From Candidatus Micrarchaeota archaeon (GTDB lineage Archaea; Micrarchaeota; Micrarchaeia; Micrarchaeales; CABMGC01), in contig JAGWHC010000001.1 of assembly GCA_028867025.1 (NCBI GenBank), positions 574,595-638,594 on the forward strand: 64,000 nt of DNA. The letters run 5' to 3'. Every line of letters starts with the position of its first letter. Position 1 is the stretch's first letter. A program made the position numbers and the translations under genes. Shown piece after piece: positions 1-9,000 of this stretch. The notes beneath the pieces are model-generated. The model was not told where the DNA came from. It worked only from the letters and a program-made list of their open reading frames with translations, and searched no databases.

Positions 1-387
1 GAGCAGCGCGGAGAACAGCCCGGCCCTGCCGTTGTACAGCTCCCTGCCCATCAGATACACCGCGACCATGGTCACCAGGTAGGAAACCAGCGACCACGCA
101 CCTGCGCCAAGGTTAGTATAGCCGAAGATGCCTATGAAGATGGCCAGCGGGAAGTCAGCCATCAGCCTTATCGAGAATATGTTTATCGACTCGCCGAAGG
201 TTCCGCCGAGTATGCTGGGCACGTACTGCAAGTATGCCGCATCGTCGCCGTAGAAGCTCGGACCCTTGATCAGCAGCAGCGAGAGCACGAGCCCGAATGC
301 GAGTATGGCTATGAGGTACTGCGCTTCCCTCTCAGATAGGTAGCGCACCGCCCGTGTCCAGATCCCTTTTCCTATTCTCTCTCGCAT
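1..387 (-). CDS. GT-C fold membrane glycosyltransferase, PMT_2/ArnT-like (N-terminal 129 aa only; gene runs off the left edge)
   Basis: Not in the ORF track because it is truncated. Reverse complement from ATG at 387-385 reads MRERIGKGIWTRAVRYLSEREAQYLIAILAFGLVLSLLLIKGPSFYGDDAAYLQYV...MGRELYNGRAGLFSALL. TM1, a GDDAAY loop motif and LY-G..G..SALL follow the same layout as the paralogs at 4249, 11756 and 13461. Confidence 0.6.
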   Translation of the reverse strand, partial: MRERIGKGIWTRAVRYLSEREAQYLIAILAFGLVLSLLLIKGPSFYGDDAAYLQYVPSILGGTFGESINIFSIRLMADFPLAIFIGIFGYTNLGAGAWSLVSYLVTMVAVYLMGRELYNGRAGLFSALL

Positions 388-427
388 CGCATTTCCCGCA
401 GGTGTCACGTCACTTTTGGCCATTCAC

Positions 428-2254
428 CTATTTATACAACGGAGTGCCGTTCTTGTAGCTGAGGATTTTGTATATGCTGAAGGTATAGTTCCAGCCGAAA
501 GTGTCATAGGGCGCGCTGACCACGGGGCTCATCGTGAAGTTATCCAGTATCTTTGTGCAGCCCGGAGTCGTGTTGTCCAGTTTGTAGCCGCCCGTGTTGA
601 CGATGCAGTCCAGGCTGTATTCGAAGTACAGGCAGCCGTGCGAGAGGTTCAGCAGCTCGCTCCTGTAAAAAGGCGTGAATATCCAGTCTGCGTACATGTT
701 GCTCACGTTCAGCACGTTCCACAGCGGCGGCTCATAGCTGAGCACGAAGCAGCCGTTTGGTATGAGCGTGTAGTTGCCGAGTATTACATGCTCCTGGAAG
801 CGCTCCGCTGAGAACGGATATATGTCCTGCGGCTGTTTCGCGACGAAGGTCGAGAACTCGAACACCAGGTCGGAGACCATGATTATTATAAGCGCAACCG
901 CCACAGCAGCCGCAAATAGTTTCCTTGATTTCGCGGCCCGTTTTCTCCCCATCTTCCTTTTCCTTCTGGCCTTCGCCACTTTCCAGCGCGCAGCTGAGAC
1001 AAGGCCCGCTATGCCGCCCGCAGCCAGCATGGACACAGCGGGGAACGACACCATGAAATACCTTATGTCGTCCCCGGCTCCGTAGAGCGCCTCCCCGCCG
1101 TAGTAAGATGTGTAGAAGATGAAAACCAGAAAGAACCAGAAGAGGAGCAAGACCGCTTCCGTCCTGTGTTTGCCGCGAAACATGAAGATCGCGCCAAGCG
1201 CTGCGAAAAGCGTGTAGGTCAGCGGGAACTCCAGGTTGTAGCTCTGCCAGCCAGAGGGCGTGATTATGCTCCCGTATCCGCCGAGCCAGAAGACAACGTT
1301 CTCAGCCACGTTCATCCAAAAGTTGTATAGCGAAATCCTTGCTACCCACGGCGCCGCCCCGAAGGTATTCAGGCTCCAGCTGTTGTATATGAAGATCAGT
1401 TGCGGGATGATGAGGATGGCCAGGACAGCCGCGAGCAGCGCATGCATCTTCAGCTCCTTCTTCCCCTTGCCCGAGATGCTCTTCCAGTCGACAGCGACGA
1501 GCAGGGCGAGAGCCACAGGCAGTACAAGTATCGCATCAACCTTCATGGTCAGCGTGTATGCCAGCGCAAGGCACGCCGCCACTCCAGGCAACACCCGTCT
1601 CTCCTTCAGATACGTGAGTAAGAGCGCGATCGCGAGCAGGAACACTGTCAGCTCCGGGGTGTCGATTATCAGCGACCTGGAAAACGTGAGGAAGAGCGGG
1701 GTGAAGCCGAAGAGCGCGGTTGCAAGAAGCGCGACGTCTCCGTCCTTGAGCAGCATGAAGGCGATGTAGAACATAAGCAGTATCGAGATGGAGGACAGCA
1801 GCAGGACGAGATTGTAGCCCGGGGCGAAGCCCACGCCGAACGCGAGGAAGGCGGCGCTCAGCATGGTCGCCCATCCGGTCGGCTGCTGCAGCAGGCCCGC
1901 GGTGTTGCTGACGCAGTGCGGTCCAATGGAAAAGCTGCATATGCCTGCGTAGTGATCATAGACGATTGTCTTCGCAATGCTCATGTGTATGTACTCATCG
2001 TTGAACAGCTGCTGCGTCGGCTGCACGAATGCGAGCTCCAAAACGAGGAAGGCAACGACGATCAACGCCAGCATGGCCAGACGCTTCTTTCCTGCGTATG
2101 AGGCGTTCTTCGCCACGTACCTGAAGGCGAACACAGTACCAACGATCATCGCCGCGAGCAGCGCAATGTCGTAGTAGAAGTAAAAATACTCTCCGCTGGT
2201 CCACTCAAAGTAGCTGAGTATGCTGCCTATCGCTTGAAGCATTAAGTAGCTCAC
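428..2254 (-). CDS. Polytopic membrane protein, probable GT-C fold glycosyltransferase (more divergent PMT/ArnT-like)
   Basis: 608 aa with many TM segments. Has an acidic first-loop motif (FNDEYIH) and a C-terminal soluble domain with N-x-S/T sequons. Stop/start overlap with the upstream surface-protein gene. Confidence 0.5.
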   Translation of the reverse strand: MSYLMLQAIGSILSYFEWTSGEYFYFYYDIALLAAMIVGTVFAFRYVAKNASYAGKKRLAMLALIVVAFLVLELAFVQPTQQLFNDEYIHMSIAKTIVYDHYAGICSFSIGPHCVSNTAGLLQQPTGWATMLSAAFLAFGVGFAPGYNLVLLLSSISILLMFYIAFMLLKDGDVALLATALFGFTPLFLTFSRSLIIDTPELTVFLLAIALLLTYLKERRVLPGVAACLALAYTLTMKVDAILVLPVALALLVAVDWKSISGKGKKELKMHALLAAVLAILIIPQLIFIYNSWSLNTFGAAPWVARISLYNFWMNVAENVVFWLGGYGSIITPSGWQSYNLEFPLTYTLFAALGAIFMFRGKHRTEAVLLLFWFFLVFIFYTSYYGGEALYGAGDDIRYFMVSFPAVSMLAAGGIAGLVSAARWKVAKARRKRKMGRKRAAKSRKLFAAAVAVALIIIMVSDLVFEFSTFVAKQPQDIYPFSAERFQEHVILGNYTLIPNGCFVLSYEPPLWNVLNVSNMYADWIFTPFYRSELLNLSHGCLYFEYSLDCIVNTGGYKLDNTTPGCTKILDNFTMSPVVSAPYDTFGWNYTFSIYKILSYKNGTPLYK

Positions 2255-4170
2255 TTACTTCGCCCTCTACCGCGCAGGCGTGCACCGCGCGCCTCGTGCC
2301 CGCGCCCGAACCTCAGGAATATGTAGGCGTACACGGCAACAAGCGCAAGGCTCAGCGCCGCCAGCTCGTAGAGAGGGTTTATGCTGCCGCTCAACGCGCT
2401 GGAGACAAGCGAGGCGCAGGTGTCGCGCGAGCTGTATATGAATGCGAACTGCCTTATCGCGGTGATGTTGGCCTGACCGCACACCGAAACGTTGTAAACC
2501 TCTATGCCCTCTGAGAACGGTGTGCCTGATGAAGAGAAAACCGAGAAATCGCTGCTGTACCCATTCCCTATGTTGAGATTGTAGAAGCCGACTCCAGACG
2601 CATCGCTTATGTTCACCCCGAAATCCCTCACGCCCGAAGGCTGCAGTGTGAGATTTCTGAAGGTCACTCCCTGCGAGTTCTCTACACTTATCCCGTTTCC
2701 CTCAACCTTGCAATCGCTTATGCCTATGTTGCTCGAATTCATCACATCGATGCCCACCACGGTGTCGTTTATGGTCCCGCCGTTGCAGTTTATGTTTATG
2801 TTGCTGCCTCTCACCACGACCCCAACGCTGCACGGCCTTTGGACCAGCTGGGGAGTTGCGGGCGCGGCTATGGGCAGCAGCGTGCCGCCAGCCATGTCAT
2901 ATGTCCCGCTCCTGTACACCATGATGGCTGACATAGGTATGGAAAGGTTGTACGCCAGCGCGCAGTAACCGAGCCCGAAGCTGAACGACGGAGTCGTTGA
3001 GTCCTGTACGAACGAGCCGAGACCAGGGATGTAGCCCTGCGCGGTCATTATGGACGAGTTTATTCCAAGGGCTACCGAAGCGGTGTAATTGATGAAATAG
3101 AAGCCGGTGCCGTTCGCGGTGTAGTTCGGAGCGGTGCCCGGGTGCGCGAACGCCTTGTAAAGTATTGAATGGCTGCCCACGCCTCCCGATACTGGGTTTG
3201 TGCTGAATTCGGAGGGGTCGTACCTGTACAGGTAGTCGGTAAAGTTCCAGTTGCCGTCCTGCGGCGGCACAGCGACTACATATCTTATCTGTATGGCGCT
3301 GGTGAAGTTGTCCGGCAGTATCTGGAAGTTGAACGGCGGGTATATCGGCTGTATGTACATCGGCGTGAGGTTCACGTTCCTGGTTATGTTCAGCGTGTAC
3401 ATGACCAACTGATCGTAGGCAAGGAACGAGTAATCGATCTGGTACGGGTTGTATCGCACAACGCCGTTCTTGGAGAGCGTGTAATCGGAGACCGGGAAAA
3501 CCCTGTAGCCCTTTATCTGTCCGTAGCTTACGGCAGAGTAGTTGGTCTCTATGTCGCTCTGGGTGATGTTGTATGCGCCCATCGGCACGCTTTCGGCTAT
3601 GAATGAGAAATTGTTAGTGAAGCGGCTGTCGAAGAACTCGCTCATCTGCAGCTCCGTGTTGTTGTACCTGAAAGTGTGATTGAAAAGCGGGAATATGTAG
3701 GAGAAGCCAGCCGCCCTGGGCCCGAAGGCCGACGTGTTGTAGCCGAAAGGCATGAAGACGTTGACACGGAGATAATGCATGACAGTTACGTTGGAGGTGT
3801 TGTCTGCGAACGCTGGCGAGAACGCCGGATTGTCGTCCCCCATTATGTAGAGGCTGGAGTGCGGCGCAAGAGCTATGCTCGGATTGTTTACTGTGCAGTT
3901 GCGCAAGTACACTGACCTGTCGTTGGAGTTAACGGTGATTGATGACCCGCTGCCAATAGCTGCGCCTTTGCAGTTTACGCCGCTGTTGGACACGCTGGGC
4001 GAGAAAGCCACACTGACACTGCTGCAGGAATTGCCGGTCAGGTTGTAGGTCTGATTGCTTGCGCTCAACGTCACGGTGCAGGTCTGCGATGCAGATGCGG
4101 TACCCACTCTAAACATAATTGTCAGGAAAAAGAGCGACAGCACCAGAAGATGCATCTTTTGTAAATACAT
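2251..4170 (-). CDS. Secreted, heavily sequon-decorated beta-helix surface protein with C-terminal TM anchor (S-layer/surface glycoprotein candidate)
   Basis: ORF runs to 4245, but MYLQKMHLLVLSLFFLTIMFRVGTASA (Met at 4170 or 4155) looks like the signal peptide. Parallel beta-helix type repeats are present (NININCNGGTINDTVVGIDVMNSSNIGISDCKVEGNGISVENSQGVTFRNLTL). About two dozen N-x-S/T sites by hand count. C-terminal TM plus Arg-rich tail (LALVAVYAYIFLRFGRGHEARGARLRGRGRSK). Confidence 0.6.
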   Translation of the reverse strand: MYLQKMHLLVLSLFFLTIMFRVGTASASQTCTVTLSASNQTYNLTGNSCSSVSVAFSPSVSNSGVNCKGAAIGSGSSITVNSNDRSVYLRNCTVNNPSIALAPHSSLYIMGDDNPAFSPAFADNTSNVTVMHYLRVNVFMPFGYNTSAFGPRAAGFSYIFPLFNHTFRYNNTELQMSEFFDSRFTNNFSFIAESVPMGAYNITQSDIETNYSAVSYGQIKGYRVFPVSDYTLSKNGVVRYNPYQIDYSFLAYDQLVMYTLNITRNVNLTPMYIQPIYPPFNFQILPDNFTSAIQIRYVVAVPPQDGNWNFTDYLYRYDPSEFSTNPVSGGVGSHSILYKAFAHPGTAPNYTANGTGFYFINYTASVALGINSSIMTAQGYIPGLGSFVQDSTTPSFSFGLGYCALAYNLSIPMSAIMVYRSGTYDMAGGTLLPIAAPATPQLVQRPCSVGVVVRGSNININCNGGTINDTVVGIDVMNSSNIGISDCKVEGNGISVENSQGVTFRNLTLQPSGVRDFGVNISDASGVGFYNLNIGNGYSSDFSVFSSSGTPFSEGIEVYNVSVCGQANITAIRQFAFIYSSRDTCASLVSSALSGSINPLYELAALSLALVAVYAYIFLRFGRGHEARGARLRGRGRSK

Positions 4171-4248
4171 ACCGGAATTTAATCTGTTCTCATCTTTAAA
4201 TCTCTTTGCGCTCAAACTTGTTTTGTTTAAGGAAAGCGCGCGCAAGCG

Positions 4249-5862
4249 ATGCGAATGGCAGCCGCCAGAAAACCACCGGTCAAAAGAGTCAATGGCGTCC
4301 CTCCCAACAAGCGGACCGGAGGGCCGAGCGGCAGGAATAGGGTTTCAGGCAGGCCGGCCTTCGGGCCAGATGCCAAGAGAACCGTGTGCTACGCAGCGCT
4401 GCTTGCAGTGCTCCTCTTCGCTGCGTGGTACTCTCTAAGCCACATCAACGCCCCCTCAAACCTTGACGACGACACAGCCTACATGCAGTACGGCCTGGCT
4501 TTGGCACACGGCACATTCATGGAGAACGCAAATCCGACGCTTATCCTGAGGTCGCTGATGATTGCCCCGATAGGCGTGATCTACGCCCTGTTCGGATTCT
4601 CGCAGTTCACAAGCGCGCTTTGGAGCATACTGTGCTTTCTGGGCTCAATACTTCTAGCCTTCTTCATAGGCAAGCTGCTTTACGGCGAGTACGTGGGCGT
4701 CGTGTCTGCGCTGCTTCTGAGCTTCATGCCCACAGTCTCCGTGCTTGCGACCACTGTAGACGAGATGGTGCCTTTCGTTTTCGTGTCGTCGCTCTCCATG
4801 CTGTGCCTGATCCTTGGGATGAAAACCGGCAAGGCAAAATTCTATTTCTGCTCCGGGCTCGCTGCATTCGCCTCGTTCCTGGTCTCTCCTCTTGGCGCGA
4901 TAACAGCACTGCTTGTGCTTGTGTACTTGGCATTTAACCTGCTGAAGAAGAAAGAGCCTTCAAGAAGCGCGATGGCATTCACCGTTCTCGGGCTCGCATG
5001 TGGCGTACTGCTGGCCGCGGGCTTCAACGTCTACAGCCACGCAAGCCCGCTTATAGAGTTCACAAGCACGTACAGCTTCTACTCAAGCGAAAACGTCGCG
5101 GCGCTGGTCATACTTGACCCCATCTACTACCTTTCGAACATGTTCCCGCTGAACCTGCAGGCAAGCGCTTCTCCAGGGCCGCAGGTTCTCTACTACTATC
5201 TGCTGATACCTGCCGCCTTTTACCTGGTGATCAGGGAGAGGAAAAAGTCAGGAGTGTTGCTGTACTGGTTCGCATTCGCGCTCTCCTACTTGGCAATCGG
5301 GCCGATGCACCTGAGTTTCAACCCGTTCATGTATTACACAATACCAGAGCTGTGGAGATATCTGGACTCGGTGGCAATGCCGCTTGTGCTGATAGTCGCC
5401 GCTGGCATCGTCGGAATCGCCGGCGATGCGTACAGCCTGCTGGGCAGGCCTCTCTTCGCGGCTGTCGCTCTTGTGTCCATAGCGCTGGTGGGCTATGTCC
5501 TATCCCAATCATTCGCGTCGACAATCTGGCTCTACAACGCAAGCATGGCAGGCCTATCCGGGGACAGGCAGGTGGCTGCGTACCTGAGCACGCTTCCGTT
5601 TAGCGCAAACATCTATCTTCCGAGTTCGTCCCCATATGTGTTCACTTTCATACAGCTCTCTAACATGAGCAGAACTGATAACATAACGCTAATCGTTTCT
5701 CCGCCCAACTGCACGAGCGTGCCAAAGCGGGCATACGTGTACCTGCCATACGAGTGGTACAATTCATCCGCAACCGGGCAGCCAGCGCAACGTTACTGCG
5801 GTTGGGACCCAGCCATGTATCTTGAAAACTACGGGACTGTCTATTACACAGGCAGCACCTGA
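4249..5862 (+). CDS. GT-C fold membrane glycosyltransferase, PMT_2/ArnT-like
   Basis: 537 aa, polytopic. After TM1 the loop motif is LDDDTAYMQYG, then LLYGEYVGVVSALLLSFMP. Clear paralog of the genes at 1..387, 11756 and 13461. Confidence 0.65.
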   Translation: MRMAAARKPPVKRVNGVPPNKRTGGPSGRNRVSGRPAFGPDAKRTVCYAALLAVLLFAAWYSLSHINAPSNLDDDTAYMQYGLALAHGTFMENANPTLILRSLMIAPIGVIYALFGFSQFTSALWSILCFLGSILLAFFIGKLLYGEYVGVVSALLLSFMPTVSVLATTVDEMVPFVFVSSLSMLCLILGMKTGKAKFYFCSGLAAFASFLVSPLGAITALLVLVYLAFNLLKKKEPSRSAMAFTVLGLACGVLLAAGFNVYSHASPLIEFTSTYSFYSSENVAALVILDPIYYLSNMFPLNLQASASPGPQVLYYYLLIPAAFYLVIRERKKSGVLLYWFAFALSYLAIGPMHLSFNPFMYYTIPELWRYLDSVAMPLVLIVAAGIVGIAGDAYSLLGRPLFAAVALVSIALVGYVLSQSFASTIWLYNASMAGLSGDRQVAAYLSTLPFSANIYLPSSSPYVFTFIQLSNMSRTDNITLIVSPPNCTSVPKRAYVYLPYEWYNSSATGQPAQRYCGWDPAMYLENYGTVYYTGST

Positions 5863-5989
5863 TGGTGCGGCTCTCAGACCTACAAGTTTTCCGAATTCTT
5901 GAAATTTGACTATTGACGTAGCCGTATTTCACATGGTGTCAAAGTGTCGTCGGAAAGAACGCTTTCAAAACGCTCTAATTAATACATAT

Positions 5990-5999
5990 CTTTATATAC
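5990..5999 (+). promoter_or_regulatory. Archaeal TATA box (CTTTATATAC) for the 6036 gene
   Basis: TTTATATAC lies about 40 nt upstream of the ATG. The same 9-mer precedes the other pilin-signal gene, at 38375. Confidence 0.45.
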
Positions 6000-6035
6000 A
6001 TTCTTACAGCAACTCTACATTAGAGCTGTGCTTGA

Positions 6036-9000
6036 ATGCCGAATAGGGCGCGCAGAAGGAGAGCCGCGGGTGCACGGAGGGGAAGCAAGAAAGCTCAGTC
6101 TGCGCTTGAATATCTACTTACATACAGCTGGGCCATATTGCTTGTAGCAATAATAGTGGCCGTGCTCTACCTCTTCGTATTCGCGCCTTCGAACGTTACT
6201 CCGAGCAGCTGCATATTCACCGGCGGCACTTACTGCCAGGACGTCGTGTTCAGCTCGAACACAGCTGGAACGAGCGTCGCGCTCTTCCTGACCAACACAC
6301 AGTCATATGCGATAGCAAATCCTTCTGTCACGCTCAACTACAGCGGCACTTCAACCGCGGCATCATGCTCGCCAAGCCTCGTTCTTGAGGGCGGTGCTAT
6401 AATATGCAACGTGAACGTACCACTCAAGGCCATAGCGCTAGGTTCTCTGGCATCAGGAAAGGTGGTGCTCAGCGCGGTACCGTGCCCAAGCGCGAACCTG
6501 GCGCAGTGCTCCTCGGGCCAGGTAGTCGCATACACCGGATCTTTCAACACTCACGTCTCGCCCCTTCTCTCGTCCACACCCTCATCAATAACGATCAGCG
6601 TCCTCAACACCACGCAGGCGGCTAACGGCAACAGGGATCCTGTAACTGCCACAGTTCTGCTTCTAGGAAACCCGATCGGCGGCGCTTCTGTAAGCTTTTC
6701 GCAGGGCGTAGTGAGCGGCTCGGGCACACCTTCCTCGTCCTTCGGGCCAAGCGCCACTACCACCGGCAGCAACGGCCAGGCGCTCGCATACATTTCAAGC
6801 ACGCAGACAGGCACAACGAACGTCATCGCGACATTCGCGGGGCAGACTGTCAACGCGATAGTCAATTTCGTCACGCCGGCGATCACCACAGTTAGCCTCG
6901 GACAGGACGTGATAAACACAGTCTGCTCGGGCAATTCCGGAACATATGTTCTCACTATTGACGGCCAGAGCTACACCTGCTCGCAGCTGCCCATACAGTT
7001 CTCCTACAACCCGAACACGCAGCACAGCTACGCCTGCATCTCCCCCATCTCTGGCTCTTCAGGAACAAGATACGTATTCTCTTCAGTGAGCGGCTGCTCC
7101 GCGAGCGGCGGACAGTCAGGCACATTTACAGTAGGAGCCGCTGGCACAAGTTGCTCGCTCAACTGCGAGTACCAGACGCAGTACTCGTTCTCCGATTCCG
7201 CAAGCCCCAGCATAGGGGGCAGCGTCTCTCCTGCAAGCCAGTTCTATCCGGCCGGCAACGGCGTCAGCATAGTCGCAACCCCCAACAGCGGTTATGGGTT
7301 CGTCGACTGGGCGGGCACCGGCCCAGGCAGCTATAGCAGCGGAACATCACAGACGGGCACTGTCACTATGAATGGGCCGATAACAGAGGTAGCGACATTC
7401 ATGCTTCTCACTACAATCACCAACGCGGCAACCAACGCCGCCACCAACGCGGTGACCAACGCTGTCACAAACGCTGTCACAAATGCAGCAACAACGATCA
7501 CCAACGCGGTGACCAACGCAGTCACTAATGCCGCTACATCAATCACCAACGCTGTGACCAATGCTGTAACCAACGCCGCAACCTCCATCACCAACGCAGC
7601 TACATCCATCACCAACGCAGGAACCTCCATCACCAACGCCGCTACATCGATTACCAACGCAGCAACTTCAATCACCAACGCTGTCACCAACGCAGGAACC
7701 TCCATCACCAACGCCGCTACATCGATTACCAACGCAGGAACCTCCATCACCAACGCCGTGACCAACGCAGCCACCAACGCCGCTACATCCATCACCAACG
7801 CCGTGACCAACGCCGCCACCAATGCCGCGACCACGATCACCAATGCTGTGACCAACGCAGCCACCAACGCAGCGACATCCATCACCAACGCCGTGACCAA
7901 CGCTGTAACCAACGCCGTCACAAACGCAGCAACAACGATAACCAATGCCGCGACCACGATCACCAATGCTGTGACCAACGCAGCCACCAACGCCGCTACA
8001 TCGATCACCAACGCTGTTACCAACGCCGCGACGAACGCATGCAACACATGCTCGACCAACAACTACGGCTGCGGAAGCAGCTGCTCCGAACGAGTATGCT
8101 ACTCCTACGCAGGAAACTGCGTTCCTGGCACCCCAGAGGCCACGATAAGCTGCAGCCAGACTAACCCGCCTCCTGCAGCATGGCAGTGCCTGGTACCGAC
8201 CACAATCACCAACGCGGCCACCAACGCCGCCACCAACGCAGCAACAACGATCACCAACGCCGTCACTAATGCCGTCACCAACGCCGCGACCTCAATCACT
8301 AATGCAGTCACCAACGCAGCCACAATAGCATGTGATGTGTGCTACGCCTCCAGCAACCCCGGCTGCCCAGCAGGCTGCCCGACTGCGCTATATTTCAAGG
8401 ATAGCGCATGCAGTCAATCTGGAACGCCATACGCTAGTTTCACCTGCGTCCTCCTTACAACGATCACCAACGCGGCCACCAACGCCGTCACCAACGCAGG
8501 CACCAACGCAGCCACCACAGTCACCAACGCCGTCACCAACGCAGGCACCAACGCAGCAACTACAGTTACCCACTTCACCAACGCGGGCACCAACGCCGCG
8601 ACTACAATTACCCACTTCACCAACGCAGGCACCAACGCCGCTTCCGGTGCGTCCACCAACGCTCCTAGCGTCTGCAGCTTCAGGGGTGGCACTCCGATCT
8701 ACATGGCAAACGGCCAGATCAAGCCCATAGAGGAGCTACAGCCAGGAGAGGTTTACATGTCGTACGATCCGGCTACAAGAAGCCTGTATCCTGATGTGGT
8801 TGAGAAGCTTGTTACCGCAACAGTGCACGGCGAATACGTGATAAATGACGTTGGCACAGACGCGGTGGAAGAATTCTACACCAAGAGCGGCTGGAAGAGC
8901 GCTGATCAGATCAAGGTCGGCGATTCTATCCTGAACGCTATGTCAATGACATGGACGCCTGTTTACAGCGTTTCCTTCGTCAACACCACATTCACTGTTT

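Noticed and set aside
4171-4248. Apparent back-to-back starts at 4245 (minus) and 4249 (plus) that leave no room for promoters.
   Set aside because: The first 25 codons of the minus-strand ORF precede an obvious signal peptide. Starting at 4170 or 4155 frees an AT-rich divergent promoter region of about 80 nt (TCTTTAAATC).
7410-8663. Whether the periodic tract could be a CRISPR array or a DGR variable/template region.
   Set aside because: The unit length is 9-12 nt with no spacers, and it is entirely in frame inside a CDS, so it is not CRISPR. The window has no reverse transcriptase and no second near-identical template copy with A-specific differences, so DGR is unsupported.
7410-8663. Ice-binding, antifreeze or ice-nucleation function for the Thr/Asn ladder.
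   Set aside because: The idea rests only on superficial resemblance to T-x-T/T-x-N motifs. I cannot derive a flat Thr array from sequence alone and there is no supporting context, so it was left out of the findings.
7331-8692. Long minus-strand ORFs encoding ALVTALV... repeats (7331-8062, 8105-8323, 8414-8692) and the plus-strand alternative-frame ORF 8332-8730 (PTQAPTQ...).
   Set aside because: They are frame shadows of the ACC-AAC-GCN repeat, which has no stop codon in several frames. Only the 6036 frame has a start context and signal peptide, runs through non-repeat domains, and ends in a recognisable Hint domain.
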